Source of the DNA: Gemmatimonadota bacterium
GTDB taxonomy: Bacteria > Gemmatimonadota > Gemmatimonadetes > Palauibacterales > Palauibacteraceae
NCBI GenBank assembly: GCA_965116475.1
Contig: OZ220691.1
Span: 1,920,001 to 1,984,000, forward strand
Direction of reading: 5' to 3'
DNA: 64,000 nt
Below, in pieces: positions 39,013 through 47,715 of this stretch; within the stretch, counting starts at the first letter, position 1, and every line of letters starts with the position of its first letter. The translations under genes were made by a program, and so were the position numbers. A model generated the notes under the pieces. The model was given only the letters and a program-made list of their open reading frames with translations, was not told where the DNA came from and ran no database searches.

Positions 39013-39230
39013 CAATCGCAACCGAAGTTGCAGTACCACTCCGACCCGAGATCGTCATCGGGACACGGCGGAGTGAGGGTGCCCTGCGCGCAACCGTAGC
39101 CGGACTGCGCGCAGGCCTCGGAGACCTCGAGAATCGATCCAGCCGCGATGGCCTCGGCAGATCCCAGCCGGACAGGAAGCATGACCAAGCCCAGCACGAG
39201 GCACGCGAGCACGGCGAGTCGGGTCTTTAT
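39012..39230 (-). CDS. Small secreted Cys-rich peptide precursor (72 aa, apparent ATA start; alternative GTG at 39212)
   Basis: AAGGAG RBS 7 nt before ATA; KTR + hydrophobic signal, LEVSEACAQ, core with 4 Cys; coupled to the propeller gene. Confidence 0.7.
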   Translation of the reverse strand: MKTRLAVLACLVLGLVMLPVRLGSAEAIAAGSILEVSEACAQSGYGCAQGTLTPPCPDDDLGSEWYCNFGCD

Positions 39231-39275
39231 GTGCGAACTCCTTCAGCAAGGGTAAGGGGACTTTTGAAGCGCCCG

Positions 39276-39346
39276 ACGATACTCCCCCCCCCGTCGATAT
39301 CGCAAGCCTATACGCAGCATGGAGTCCCTATACGCAGCATGGAGTC
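39276..39346 (-). promoter_or_regulatory. Candidate promoter TTGCGA-N18-TATCGT with a G9 tract in the spacer and two exact 20-bp direct repeats just upstream of -35
   Basis: -35 at 39305-39300, -10 at 39281-39276, C9 at 39284-39292, CCTATACGCAGCATGGAGTC at 39307-39326 and 39327-39346. Confidence 0.55.
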
Positions 39347-39455
39347 GTCCGACCGGTGATCTTGGTGGACAGAATGGGGGCGGGGACCGTCGGTAACGAC
39401 ACGCGTTTATGTAAAATGACTTATGTAATCCATCGAACGAGCCCGCGGGAATATC

Positions 39456-42400
39456 TCAGCTTTCGAGCAGGCGAATCCGGTCGGTGAAGACACGCTCGCC
39501 GGCCGGGCGCAGGCCCGCGTGGCGGCCTGATTCGAGGAGCGCTTCGACGAAGGTCTGTCCGTACCCGCGACTGAACGCGAGGAGGACGGCGTCGTCTTGC
39601 CAAGTGACGACTTGGCAGGGGACATGGAGGATCGGACCCTGCGTGAGGAAGGGCCGGACGCGCGCCGGATCGAAGAGGTCGAGACTCGTGACGCTCTCCA
39701 GCACTTCGCGAACGGACCCTCCCAGAAGGGCGAGCCAGCAGTGGGAGTCGGTCGTGTCCGTGAAGTGCGGACCGGCCGGCATGGCGGGAGGCGCGCCGGG
39801 GCCGACGTGCCAGATCGAGGCCTGGGTGCCGTTCATCCGATTGATCAGCAGACCGTCGCGGACCGCGACAGCTCCCGGTTGGCGCGGCACGTCGAGGCCG
39901 AACGGCCGCACGGTCCGAATGTCGCGGTGCTGGATGTCCCAGCGCGCGCGGTGGCTGAGGTCGATGAGGCAGGCCTGGCGCAGCGCGTCGGTGGGGGCGC
40001 GGTCGGTTTCGTAGTCGAGCACCACGTTCCAGCCGGCCCGGCGCTCGGTGCGGGCGGGCGCGGCGTCGAAGCGGACCGGAGACCGGCGATGGGCCGCGGG
40101 CGCCGGCTGCGGTGGTACCTCGCCGGCCCGGGGCGGGCGCCCTTCGGGGGCGGTCCGCAGGCGCGTCCCTTTCGGATCGTGGAAGTGGGGAGGCACCACG
40201 GTCGCCGTCGAACGGACGGTCCGCCGGCCCAGCGATTCGTACAGGTCGAGCGAACGGCCCCGCTCCGCCAGCCGGTCCTCGACGAGCGCGAGTCCGTACT
40301 GCCAGCCCAGCGTCTCGCTGTGCCGCGTCGTGCACACGAAGCCGGCGATCCGCTCCCCGTCCACGACGAGTGCCCCGTCCCCGGGCCGGCGGACGGCGGC
40401 AGGAGCGGTCCCGGCGCCCGGGTCGCCGGACGCGGGGTCGTCGACGCGGAGTCCGACGAGCTTCAGCCGCCCGGTCTGCCCCTCGCAGTGGCGCAGCGCC
40501 GCGGCGCCCACCTTGCCGGAGGCCGTGTCCTCGCGGTCCCACAGCCAGCCCATGCCGATGTCGAGGAGGGTGACGCGCTGCTCGGACTCCGTCCCGATGA
40601 TCACGTGTCCCTTCTCGGCCCGCAGACAGCTCTGCGCTTCGAGCCCGAACGGGCGGATGCCGTACTCCGCTCCGGCCTCCCACAGCAGGTCCCACACGTA
40701 CCGGGCGCTGCTCGCGCGCATGTGCAGTTCATAGGACAGCTCACCCACGAACCCCAGGCGCAGGCACCGCGCCGCCACGCCGTCGCCGACCTCGATCTCG
40801 CGGCAGCCGAGGTACGGGAACGCCTCGTCCGACAGGTCCGTGCCCGTGATTCTCCCGAGCACCCGCCGCGCGTTCGGGCCGGCCACGTTGATGGAGGCGA
40901 GCGCGTCGGTGAGGTTCACGAGGTTGTAGTCCCATCCGTCGTATCGGGTGTGGAAACGGAGCCACTCGACCGTGGTCCCCGCCCGGTTCGAACTCGTCGT
41001 GAAGTAGAACTCGTCCTCACCCGTCCGCACGACGACGCCGTCGTCGATGATGTTGCCCGTGTCGTTGCACATCGCCGAATACATGCAGCGGCCGGGCCGC
41101 GCGCGCGTCATGTCGGAGACGTAGACGCGCTGGAGCGCGCGCAGGGCGTCGGGTCCCCAGATCCGGAACTTGCCCAGCGGCGAACTGTCCAGGAGGCCGA
41201 CATTCTCGCGCACGTTGCGGATCTCCTCCCGACACTCCCGGTCCGCGCTGAAGTAGCGCGCCCTCAGCCAGGGCCCCGCCCGCCGGAACACGGCGCCCCG
41301 CGCGGCCTGGTCGTCGTGGAGCGGAGTGCGCTTGTGGACGTCGTGGTTCGGGCCCGCGAGCGTCGAGAGGGAAGGGGGGATGACCGGTGGCCGCACCGTG
41401 GTGGCGGCGAAGCTGCCCAGCGGCCGATCCGCGATTTCGGCCATCGCCATGGCGAGGTTCTGACCCGGCACGCGGTACTGGCCGGGGCCGAGGCCGAAGT
41501 TCCCGAAGCGCTTCGCGAGTTCGGGCACGTCGAGGCCGTAGGCGGTGCACTGGGCCGCGTTCTTCCACGTGCCGTCTTCGTCAAAATCGAGGAACGCCTT
41601 GCGGCCGGGGGCGAGACGCCGTCCTGCGGCGGGTCCGCGGACGATCGAGGAGCCCCGGGCGGGCCCCGGCAGGTCGGCCAGGCGCGCGCGCTCCCGGGTC
41701 AGCGCGTCCCCGACGCTCGCGCCGCACTCCGCGGCGGCCTCTAGCCCCGCGATCCGCCCGGAACAGGCGAGCGCCTCGAGGTCGGTGAGCCGCAGGACGC
41801 CGCCCGCGGCGAACACGTCGGGTGGGAGGCGCTCGAGCTCGAAGGTCCGGGTGCGCTCGCCGTGGCGGAACCGCGCGCCGGCACACGAGAGGACGCCGAT
41901 GTCCGGCTGCCGCCCCGCGCTCGCCACCAGCAGGTCGCACGCCACGCGCAGCGCGTCGCCCGCCGCACCGCCCACCGCACCGCTCCCCGCGCCGCCCGCC
42001 GCCCGGGCCGCCAACTCGATTGCCCGCACGCGCCCCCGCCCGCGCACGCGGGACGCGGCCCAGCCCGGCCGGAAGTCGATGCCCGCGCCCGCCAGGGCGT
42101 CCACCAGCTCCGGGTCGTGCCCGTCGCGCCGCGCGTCGGCGACGACGCGTACGTCCACGCCGAGCGCGGCCAGATCCGCCGCCGCCTCGAGCCCGAGGTC
42201 GTCGCCCACGCTGAAGGCGGCGGCCGCGCCCGGCCGGACGCCGTACGTTCGCGCGAGCCGGATCGCCGTGTCGGCCTGCATCGCGCCCGGCCGGTCGTTG
42301 TGCTCGAACACGAGCGGCCGCTCGATCGAGCCGGTCGCGACCACGATCGTCCGCGCGCGGCACTCCCAGTGCACTTCCCCCCGTCCCCCTTCGGACGGCG

Positions 42401-43196
42401 CGTCCGGTCCCGGAAGCTGAAAGCCCGTGAGGAGGTTCTCCCCCCAGATCCCCGTCACCGGCGCGTGCCGGAACACGCGCATGGATTCCATGCGTTCGAG
42501 CCGGTCGGCGAGCGCGGACGCCTCCCCGGCGAGCGCACGACCGTCCCGCACCCGCCAGTCGAGGTGCCCACCCAGCCACGGCCGGCGCTCGAACAGGCAT
42601 ACGCGGAGGCCGAGCCGCCCCGCCTCGAGCGCCGCGGACAGCCCGGCCGGACCGCCGCCGACCACCGCCACGTCCGCGTGCAGGTAGCGCTCCGCCCGTC
42701 CCCCCGTGTATGCCCGTTCCCCCGCGCCCGTCCGCTCCGCCGCGTCGGGCCGTAGCACCCCCAGGCCGGCCAGCCCGCGCATCCGCTCCTGGAAGAACCG
42801 GGCGGCCCACGCGGGGCGGTGGAACAGCCGGTAGTAGAACCCCGCCGGCATGAACCGGTCGAGCCGGTCCAGGAAACCGAGGGCGTCAAAGCGCGGATCC
42901 CCGCGCACGTTCTGGGCGCCGACCTCCATCCCCTCGCGCAGCGGCGTCGTCCCCGCGGACTGGTTCGGCACGCCGTCGACCGAGACGAGCTGGCTCGACC
43001 CTTCGCCCTCCAGATCGTACAGCCCCCGGGGCCGGTGATACTCGAAGCTCCGGCCGAAGGTGCGGACCCCCGCCCCCCAGAGCGCCGAGGCGACCGTATC
43101 TCCCTCGAACCCCTCCAGCGCGCGCCCGCACCAGCGGAAACCGAGCGGCCGCGAGCGGTCGATCCGCTCCGTCGACGACGGCGGCAGCCGACTCAC
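39456..43196 (-). CDS. Sarcosine oxidase alpha-like subunit with fused C-terminal gamma-like domain
   Basis: GDTVASAL, RSFEYHRPRG, VVGGGPAGL, GcvT-like DDGVV, LGFVGELSYE, LRAEKG; extra ~170 aa after the folate-binding domain. Confidence 0.82.
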   Translation of the reverse strand: MSRLPPSSTERIDRSRPLGFRWCGRALEGFEGDTVASALWGAGVRTFGRSFEYHRPRGLYDLEGEGSSQLVSVDGVPNQSAGTTPLREGMEVGAQNVRGDPRFDALGFLDRLDRFMPAGFYYRLFHRPAWAARFFQERMRGLAGLGVLRPDAAERTGAGERAYTGGRAERYLHADVAVVGGGPAGLSAALEAGRLGLRVCLFERRPWLGGHLDWRVRDGRALAGEASALADRLERMESMRVFRHAPVTGIWGENLLTGFQLPGPDAPSEGGRGEVHWECRARTIVVATGSIERPLVFEHNDRPGAMQADTAIRLARTYGVRPGAAAAFSVGDDLGLEAAADLAALGVDVRVVADARRDGHDPELVDALAGAGIDFRPGWAASRVRGRGRVRAIELAARAAGGAGSGAVGGAAGDALRVACDLLVASAGRQPDIGVLSCAGARFRHGERTRTFELERLPPDVFAAGGVLRLTDLEALACSGRIAGLEAAAECGASVGDALTRERARLADLPGPARGSSIVRGPAAGRRLAPGRKAFLDFDEDGTWKNAAQCTAYGLDVPELAKRFGNFGLGPGQYRVPGQNLAMAMAEIADRPLGSFAATTVRPPVIPPSLSTLAGPNHDVHKRTPLHDDQAARGAVFRRAGPWLRARYFSADRECREEIRNVRENVGLLDSSPLGKFRIWGPDALRALQRVYVSDMTRARPGRCMYSAMCNDTGNIIDDGVVVRTGEDEFYFTTSSNRAGTTVEWLRFHTRYDGWDYNLVNLTDALASINVAGPNARRVLGRITGTDLSDEAFPYLGCREIEVGDGVAARCLRLGFVGELSYELHMRASSARYVWDLLWEAGAEYGIRPFGLEAQSCLRAEKGHVIIGTESEQRVTLLDIGMGWLWDREDTASGKVGAAALRHCEGQTGRLKLVGLRVDDPASGDPGAGTAPAAVRRPGDGALVVDGERIAGFVCTTRHSETLGWQYGLALVEDRLAERGRSLDLYESLGRRTVRSTATVVPPHFHDPKGTRLRTAPEGRPPRAGEVPPQPAPAAHRRSPVRFDAAPARTERRAGWNVVLDYETDRAPTDALRQACLIDLSHRARWDIQHRDIRTVRPFGLDVPRQPGAVAVRDGLLINRMNGTQASIWHVGPGAPPAMPAGPHFTDTTDSHCWLALLGGSVREVLESVTSLDLFDPARVRPFLTQGPILHVPCQVVTWQDDAVLLAFSRGYGQTFVEALLESGRHAGLRPAGERVFTDRIRLLES

Positions 43197-43495
43197 GACG
43201 AGTCTCCCCCGCGCGCCTCGCCGCCGCCGGGCCGGGTCTCCCGGTTCGTGGCTGGGTCGCGCCACGTCGAGAACCAGACGCCGCAGCCCGCCCCGTGGTG
43301 CCACCACTCCTCACGCGGCTCCGGACGGTTCATGCGAAACTGCGCCCAGCGGAAGTGCGCCTCCGCGGCGGCCCCGCGATCCGCGCCCTCCGCGGCATCT
43401 CCCTCGGCCGGTCTCGGCCCCCGCTCGGGTCCTCCGTACGTGAACTCGTACACGTCGCGCTTCCCGCACACCGGGCACGTCAACCGGAACGTCAC
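43193..43495 (-). CDS. Sarcosine oxidase delta-like subunit
   Basis: CPVCGKR..EFTYGG and WHHGAGCGVWF zinc-ligand pattern. Confidence 0.88.
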   Translation of the reverse strand: MTFRLTCPVCGKRDVYEFTYGGPERGPRPAEGDAAEGADRGAAAEAHFRWAQFRMNRPEPREEWWHHGAGCGVWFSTWRDPATNRETRPGGGEARGGDSS

Positions 43496-43514
43496 GGCAC
43501 CATCAGTCCCACTA

Positions 43515-44765
43515 TCAATCCCACTGTCCGTACTTCATGGTCGCGGCCGTTTCTCCCATGTAGCGGTTCTCCAGGAAACGGCGCAGCGCGAACGGCTTCA
43601 GGATCTCCGGCGCCTCCTCGCGCGCCATGAACTCGGCCATGTACTTGCCGGCCACCGGCCCGGACTTGAACCCGAAGTATCCCCAGCCCACGTCCACGTA
43701 GAGCCCCTCGTGGGCGAAGTTGCCGTCGAGGATCGGCGCCATGTCCGGCGTCATGTCCGCCAGCCCCGCCCAGACCCTCAGGAACCGCACGCCCTTCAGG
43801 CACGGCATGAAGTCCGTCAGCGCCTCCGCCTGGTGCTTGAAGTAGCCCGCGGTCACGTCCGTCGTGTAGTTCACCTGCGGGTCCATGTGCGCGCCCGTCG
43901 CGATCTCCCCCTTCAGCGTCTGGTTCGCATAGACGTGGTAGGCCCCGGAACTCACGACATGGTGCAGGAACGGCTTCAGCGGCTGCGTGACCATCGCCTG
44001 GATCGTGAGCGGGTTCACCGGCAGTTCGATGTCGAGCATGGCCGCGATCGCGGGCCCGTATCCCCCGGCCATGATCCCGAGCTTCCGGCACCCGATCGGC
44101 CCCGCGCTCGTCCGCACGCCCGTCACGCGCCCGCCCTCGGTATCGATCCCCTGCACCTCGACGCCCTGGTGGATCGCGGCCCCGTGCAGGCTGGCGCCCC
44201 GGGCCAGTCCCCACACCACCGCGTCGTGCCGCACCACGCCCCCGGGCGGGTGGTACATGCCGGCCTGGATCGGATGCGCAGGCCGGTCCGACACGTCCAG
44301 CGCCGGCACCAGTTCCTTGCACTGCCGCGGGTCGAGCAGTTCCGAGCGCACGCCGCAGAAGTTCGCCGTGTTGATGGAGAGCCGGAACGCGGCCACCGCC
44401 GCCTCGCTGTGCGCGAGGTTGAGGTTGCCGCAGTTATGGAACATGAGATTGAAGTCGAGTTCGTCCGTGAGGACGGGCCACAGCTTCAGGCCCTCGTCAT
44501 AGAGCGGGACGTTCGCCTGCGTGCGCTGGTTCGCGCGCACGATCGCCGTGTTCCGCCCGGACCCGCCGAACCCGATGTACTGGCCCTCGAGAACGGCGAT
44601 GTCCCGGACGCCGTGGTCCCTCGCCAGGTAGTAGGCCGTCGCGAGCCCGTGGATGCCGCCCCCGATGATCACCACGTCGTAGTGGCGGCGGAGCGGCCTC
44701 TCCTCCCACAGGCGGCCCGGCCGGAAGACCCCCGCCCCGAGTGCGGACTTCAGGCGCCGCATCAC
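43515..44765 (-). CDS. Sarcosine oxidase beta-like subunit
   Basis: IIGGGIHGLATAYYLA, GSGRNTAIVR, RHDAVVWG, GWGYFGFK. Confidence 0.88.
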   Translation of the reverse strand: MMRRLKSALGAGVFRPGRLWEERPLRRHYDVVIIGGGIHGLATAYYLARDHGVRDIAVLEGQYIGFGGSGRNTAIVRANQRTQANVPLYDEGLKLWPVLTDELDFNLMFHNCGNLNLAHSEAAVAAFRLSINTANFCGVRSELLDPRQCKELVPALDVSDRPAHPIQAGMYHPPGGVVRHDAVVWGLARGASLHGAAIHQGVEVQGIDTEGGRVTGVRTSAGPIGCRKLGIMAGGYGPAIAAMLDIELPVNPLTIQAMVTQPLKPFLHHVVSSGAYHVYANQTLKGEIATGAHMDPQVNYTTDVTAGYFKHQAEALTDFMPCLKGVRFLRVWAGLADMTPDMAPILDGNFAHEGLYVDVGWGYFGFKSGPVAGKYMAEFMAREEAPEILKPFALRRFLENRYMGETAATMKYGQWD

Positions 44766-44774
44766 GCCTGAGGG

Positions 44775-46094
44775 TCAGCCGATGACCGAGTAGGACGAAT
44801 CCGGATTCATCGTCCGCAGCCGGCTGAAGAACCCGAGGTTACAGTCCCGCCTCGTATACTTCATATGGAACTGGACCGGATCCGCGTCGTGGTCGCGCCC
44901 GTCCTCGACCTGCTCGATGAGTTCCGCCATGAGCTGGCCCGCGACCGGCGCGTTCTTGAACTGGTTCCCGGAGGTTCCCACCGCCATGTAGAAGCCGGGC
45001 AGGTCCGACTTGTCATAGATCGGGATCCAGTCGTCCGACACGTCGTAGAGGTCGACGAGTCCCTGCCGCGCCTCCGGCACCGGGAGTCCCTGCACCCGCT
45101 GCGCCTCGCGCAGGACCTGCGTCCTCCATTGATAACTGAAGGTATTGTCATAGTCGTCCGGATCTTCCACCCACTCCAGGTCGTCGCATGGCGGATCCTC
45201 CGAACCGATCAGAATGTGATTGCCGACTTCCGGCCGCGAATAACACCCGATATCGCTGTCGGAAATCAGCATCCCGACCACGTTATAGTCGACGCCCTCC
45301 GGCGCGGGCACGTGGCACACCTCCTGCTTCAGCGCGCGCGTCCTGATGTTCATCCCCTCCTCGACCCCCGCCATGCGGTTGATGACGAAGGAATGGGGAC
45401 CGCCCACGTTGACCACGACGGGCGCCCGCACCTCGGACCCGTCCTTCAGGCGGACGCCCGCGACCCTGCCGCTCTCCCGCAGGATCTCCGTCACCTCCGT
45501 GTTGAAGCGGAACTCGCCCCCGTGCGCCTCGCACCCGAGCTGCACGTTGTGGCAGCAGAGCTGCGGGTCGTTGATGTACCCGGACTCCGGGATGTAGAGG
45601 GCCCCGGCCACGTTTCCGCCGGAGGGCCGCCCGAACCCCGGATCCTCCTCCGTCACGGGAGGGCCGAACCGCCGCGTGTCGAGGAAGGAGAGCTTCTCCT
45701 TCATCCCCTCCGCGTCCAGGTCCTCGTAGGCGACGTGGAGTTCGTCGAGACTGGCCTTCACCTTCTCCAGGTAGTGATTCTTCTCCGTCTTCGTGACGAG
45801 GCAGCCGGTGTTGACGTAGCGCGCCAGCCCGGAGGGGTCCGGCACGCCGACGTACTTCCCCCAGTCGAGCCAGTAGAAGTAGGACTCGCGCGCCATGGCC
45901 ACGCCGTCGGGCGTCGAGTAGTGGAGACGGATGATGGCGCAGGTGTTCGAGGTCGACCCGTACCCGGCGGCGGGCAGCTTGTCGACGTTGAGGGTCCGGA
46001 ACCCGCGCCTGGCCAGCTCGAGTCCGGTGCAGACGCCGATGACGCCGGCGCCGATGACGATCGCGTCGTAGTCCCTGGACATCGCTTCACTCAC
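44775..46094 (-). CDS. FAD-dependent oxidoreductase (DAO/glycine oxidase family)
   Basis: VIGAGVIG, YDVSDDWIPI, GTSGNQFKNAP. Confidence 0.88.
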   Translation of the reverse strand: MSEAMSRDYDAIVIGAGVIGVCTGLELARRGFRTLNVDKLPAAGYGSTSNTCAIIRLHYSTPDGVAMARESYFYWLDWGKYVGVPDPSGLARYVNTGCLVTKTEKNHYLEKVKASLDELHVAYEDLDAEGMKEKLSFLDTRRFGPPVTEEDPGFGRPSGGNVAGALYIPESGYINDPQLCCHNVQLGCEAHGGEFRFNTEVTEILRESGRVAGVRLKDGSEVRAPVVVNVGGPHSFVINRMAGVEEGMNIRTRALKQEVCHVPAPEGVDYNVVGMLISDSDIGCYSRPEVGNHILIGSEDPPCDDLEWVEDPDDYDNTFSYQWRTQVLREAQRVQGLPVPEARQGLVDLYDVSDDWIPIYDKSDLPGFYMAVGTSGNQFKNAPVAGQLMAELIEQVEDGRDHDADPVQFHMKYTRRDCNLGFFSRLRTMNPDSSYSVIG

Positions 46095-46114
46095 CTTCGC
46101 TCAGCCGCCCTCGC

Positions 46115-47563
46115 TCAGCCGCCGATGCGCTCGTACACCGCGTGCGAGACGCGCTCGTTCCCGTCCGCGTCCGTGCTCCGGTACTCGTTGTCGATCCGGT
46201 TTCCGTCCTCGGACAGGACGTTGATGATGACCTGCGTGACGCGGCCGTCCCGCCGGCTCGTGATCCGGTTCGTGTAGCGGTCGACGACCTCCACCGCCGT
46301 CTCGACCCCGTCCCGTCCGGTCACGGGCCGGAACTCGCCATCGAACATCGTGTCGTAGCTCCACTTCGACTCGCCGCCGCGGGCGTTCGTCGACTCGACG
46401 GTGATCTTCATCCCGCCGTCGCCCCACGGTTCGTACGTCATGACGTTGAGGGCCGGGGCCGGCGCGTCGGAGCGCAGCTTCCACACGCCGTAACGGGGAT
46501 TGGCGCGGCCGGCGGCCGGATCCGCCGGGGTCCCGGGGTTGAACAGGAAGTAGTCGTAGATGGCGCGTGAGATCTGGGCGATCGTCGCCTCGCGCGCCGG
46601 GACCGGCCGCTCCGAGTCCTTCACGAACACCACCGTGATCACGTGCCCGGCGCCGTCCGGAAGGTAGATGTAGCCGACGTCGTTGGTGGTCCCGCCGATC
46701 GTCCCCGTTTTGTGCCCGACCGGGGTGCCGGGGGGCAGCACGCCCTTGATGCGGCCGGCGCCCGTCTGGACGCGCAGCATGACGTCCTTGAAGACCTCCG
46801 TGTTCTTCGAGCCCAGCGCCTCGCCCGCCCAGGTCATGGCGAGCAGGTGCGCCATCGCGCGGGGCGTCGACGTGTCGCGCGGATCGGTCGAGAAGGCCTC
46901 GCGCGCCGCCCCGCGCTCGGCTGCCGGCACCTCGGCGGCCCGTTCCCTGAACTCCGCCATGGAGATGCGGCCGTCCGCAGGCGTCTCGACGCCGGAATAG
47001 TCCCCGATCAGCGACGAGGTCGGCCGATCCACGCTCAGGCCGTCGACCCGGAGTTCCGCCATGCGCGCGTTCACCGCGTCGGGTCCGCCGGCCGCGGTGA
47101 GGGTGAGATCCGTCGCGCTGTTGTCGGAGATGAGAAGCATCAGTTCCATCAGATTCCGGAGGGAGAGGGCCACCCCGGGGTCGTCGAACAGGTTCGAGAT
47201 CGTGCCGCTGCCGGGATGGATGTCCGCGGGTTCGAGTTCGACCATGTCCGCCAGCGAGATCTCGCCGCGGTCGACCCGGGACAGGAGTTGCACCGCGATC
47301 GGAACCTTGTAGGTCGAGGCCATGGGGAAGCGCTCGTCCTCGTTGAACCACACCGCGCGCCCGGTCTCGATGTGAACCGCTCCGACGCCCACCGTGCCGC
47401 CGCTGCTCGGCGCCATGCGCTCGATCTCCGCCAGGAGACGGCCGAGGCCGGCGTCCCCCGCGGGCGTGACGGACTGCGCCGCGACAGGAACGGCGGTCCA
47501 CGGCCCGACCGCCAGGGCCGCGACGGCCAGGGTTGCGAAGTAACGACGTGTCCGGACGCGCAT
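46115..47563 (-). CDS. Class A beta-lactamase-fold serine hydrolase with C-terminal beta-rich domain
   Basis: Signal peptide, FPMASTYK (SxxK), SDN, HKTGT; omega loop DRPT rather than DRxE; ~125 aa extra domain. Confidence 0.82.
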   Translation of the reverse strand: MRVRTRRYFATLAVAALAVGPWTAVPVAAQSVTPAGDAGLGRLLAEIERMAPSSGGTVGVGAVHIETGRAVWFNEDERFPMASTYKVPIAVQLLSRVDRGEISLADMVELEPADIHPGSGTISNLFDDPGVALSLRNLMELMLLISDNSATDLTLTAAGGPDAVNARMAELRVDGLSVDRPTSSLIGDYSGVETPADGRISMAEFRERAAEVPAAERGAAREAFSTDPRDTSTPRAMAHLLAMTWAGEALGSKNTEVFKDVMLRVQTGAGRIKGVLPPGTPVGHKTGTIGGTTNDVGYIYLPDGAGHVITVVFVKDSERPVPAREATIAQISRAIYDYFLFNPGTPADPAAGRANPRYGVWKLRSDAPAPALNVMTYEPWGDGGMKITVESTNARGGESKWSYDTMFDGEFRPVTGRDGVETAVEVVDRYTNRITSRRDGRVTQVIINVLSEDGNRIDNEYRSTDADGNERVSHAVYERIGG

Positions 47564-47715
47564 CGATCATACTCCGTGGGTTCGTTTGAGCTGGGTCCCG
47601 CTCCAGCCGGTACGGTAGCCGTTGCGGAACGCGCGGACGAGACCACCGGGGCCGGGTCGCCCCGAGTGTCGGGTCGGTGGCATACTCCGCGATCCACGCA
47701 GGTGGGAGGGAGACG

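Noticed and set aside
39307..39346. 20-bp repeat pair as a possible CRISPR remnant
   Set aside because: Only two abutting copies with no spacer and no cas genes; no CRISPR array was seen in the window
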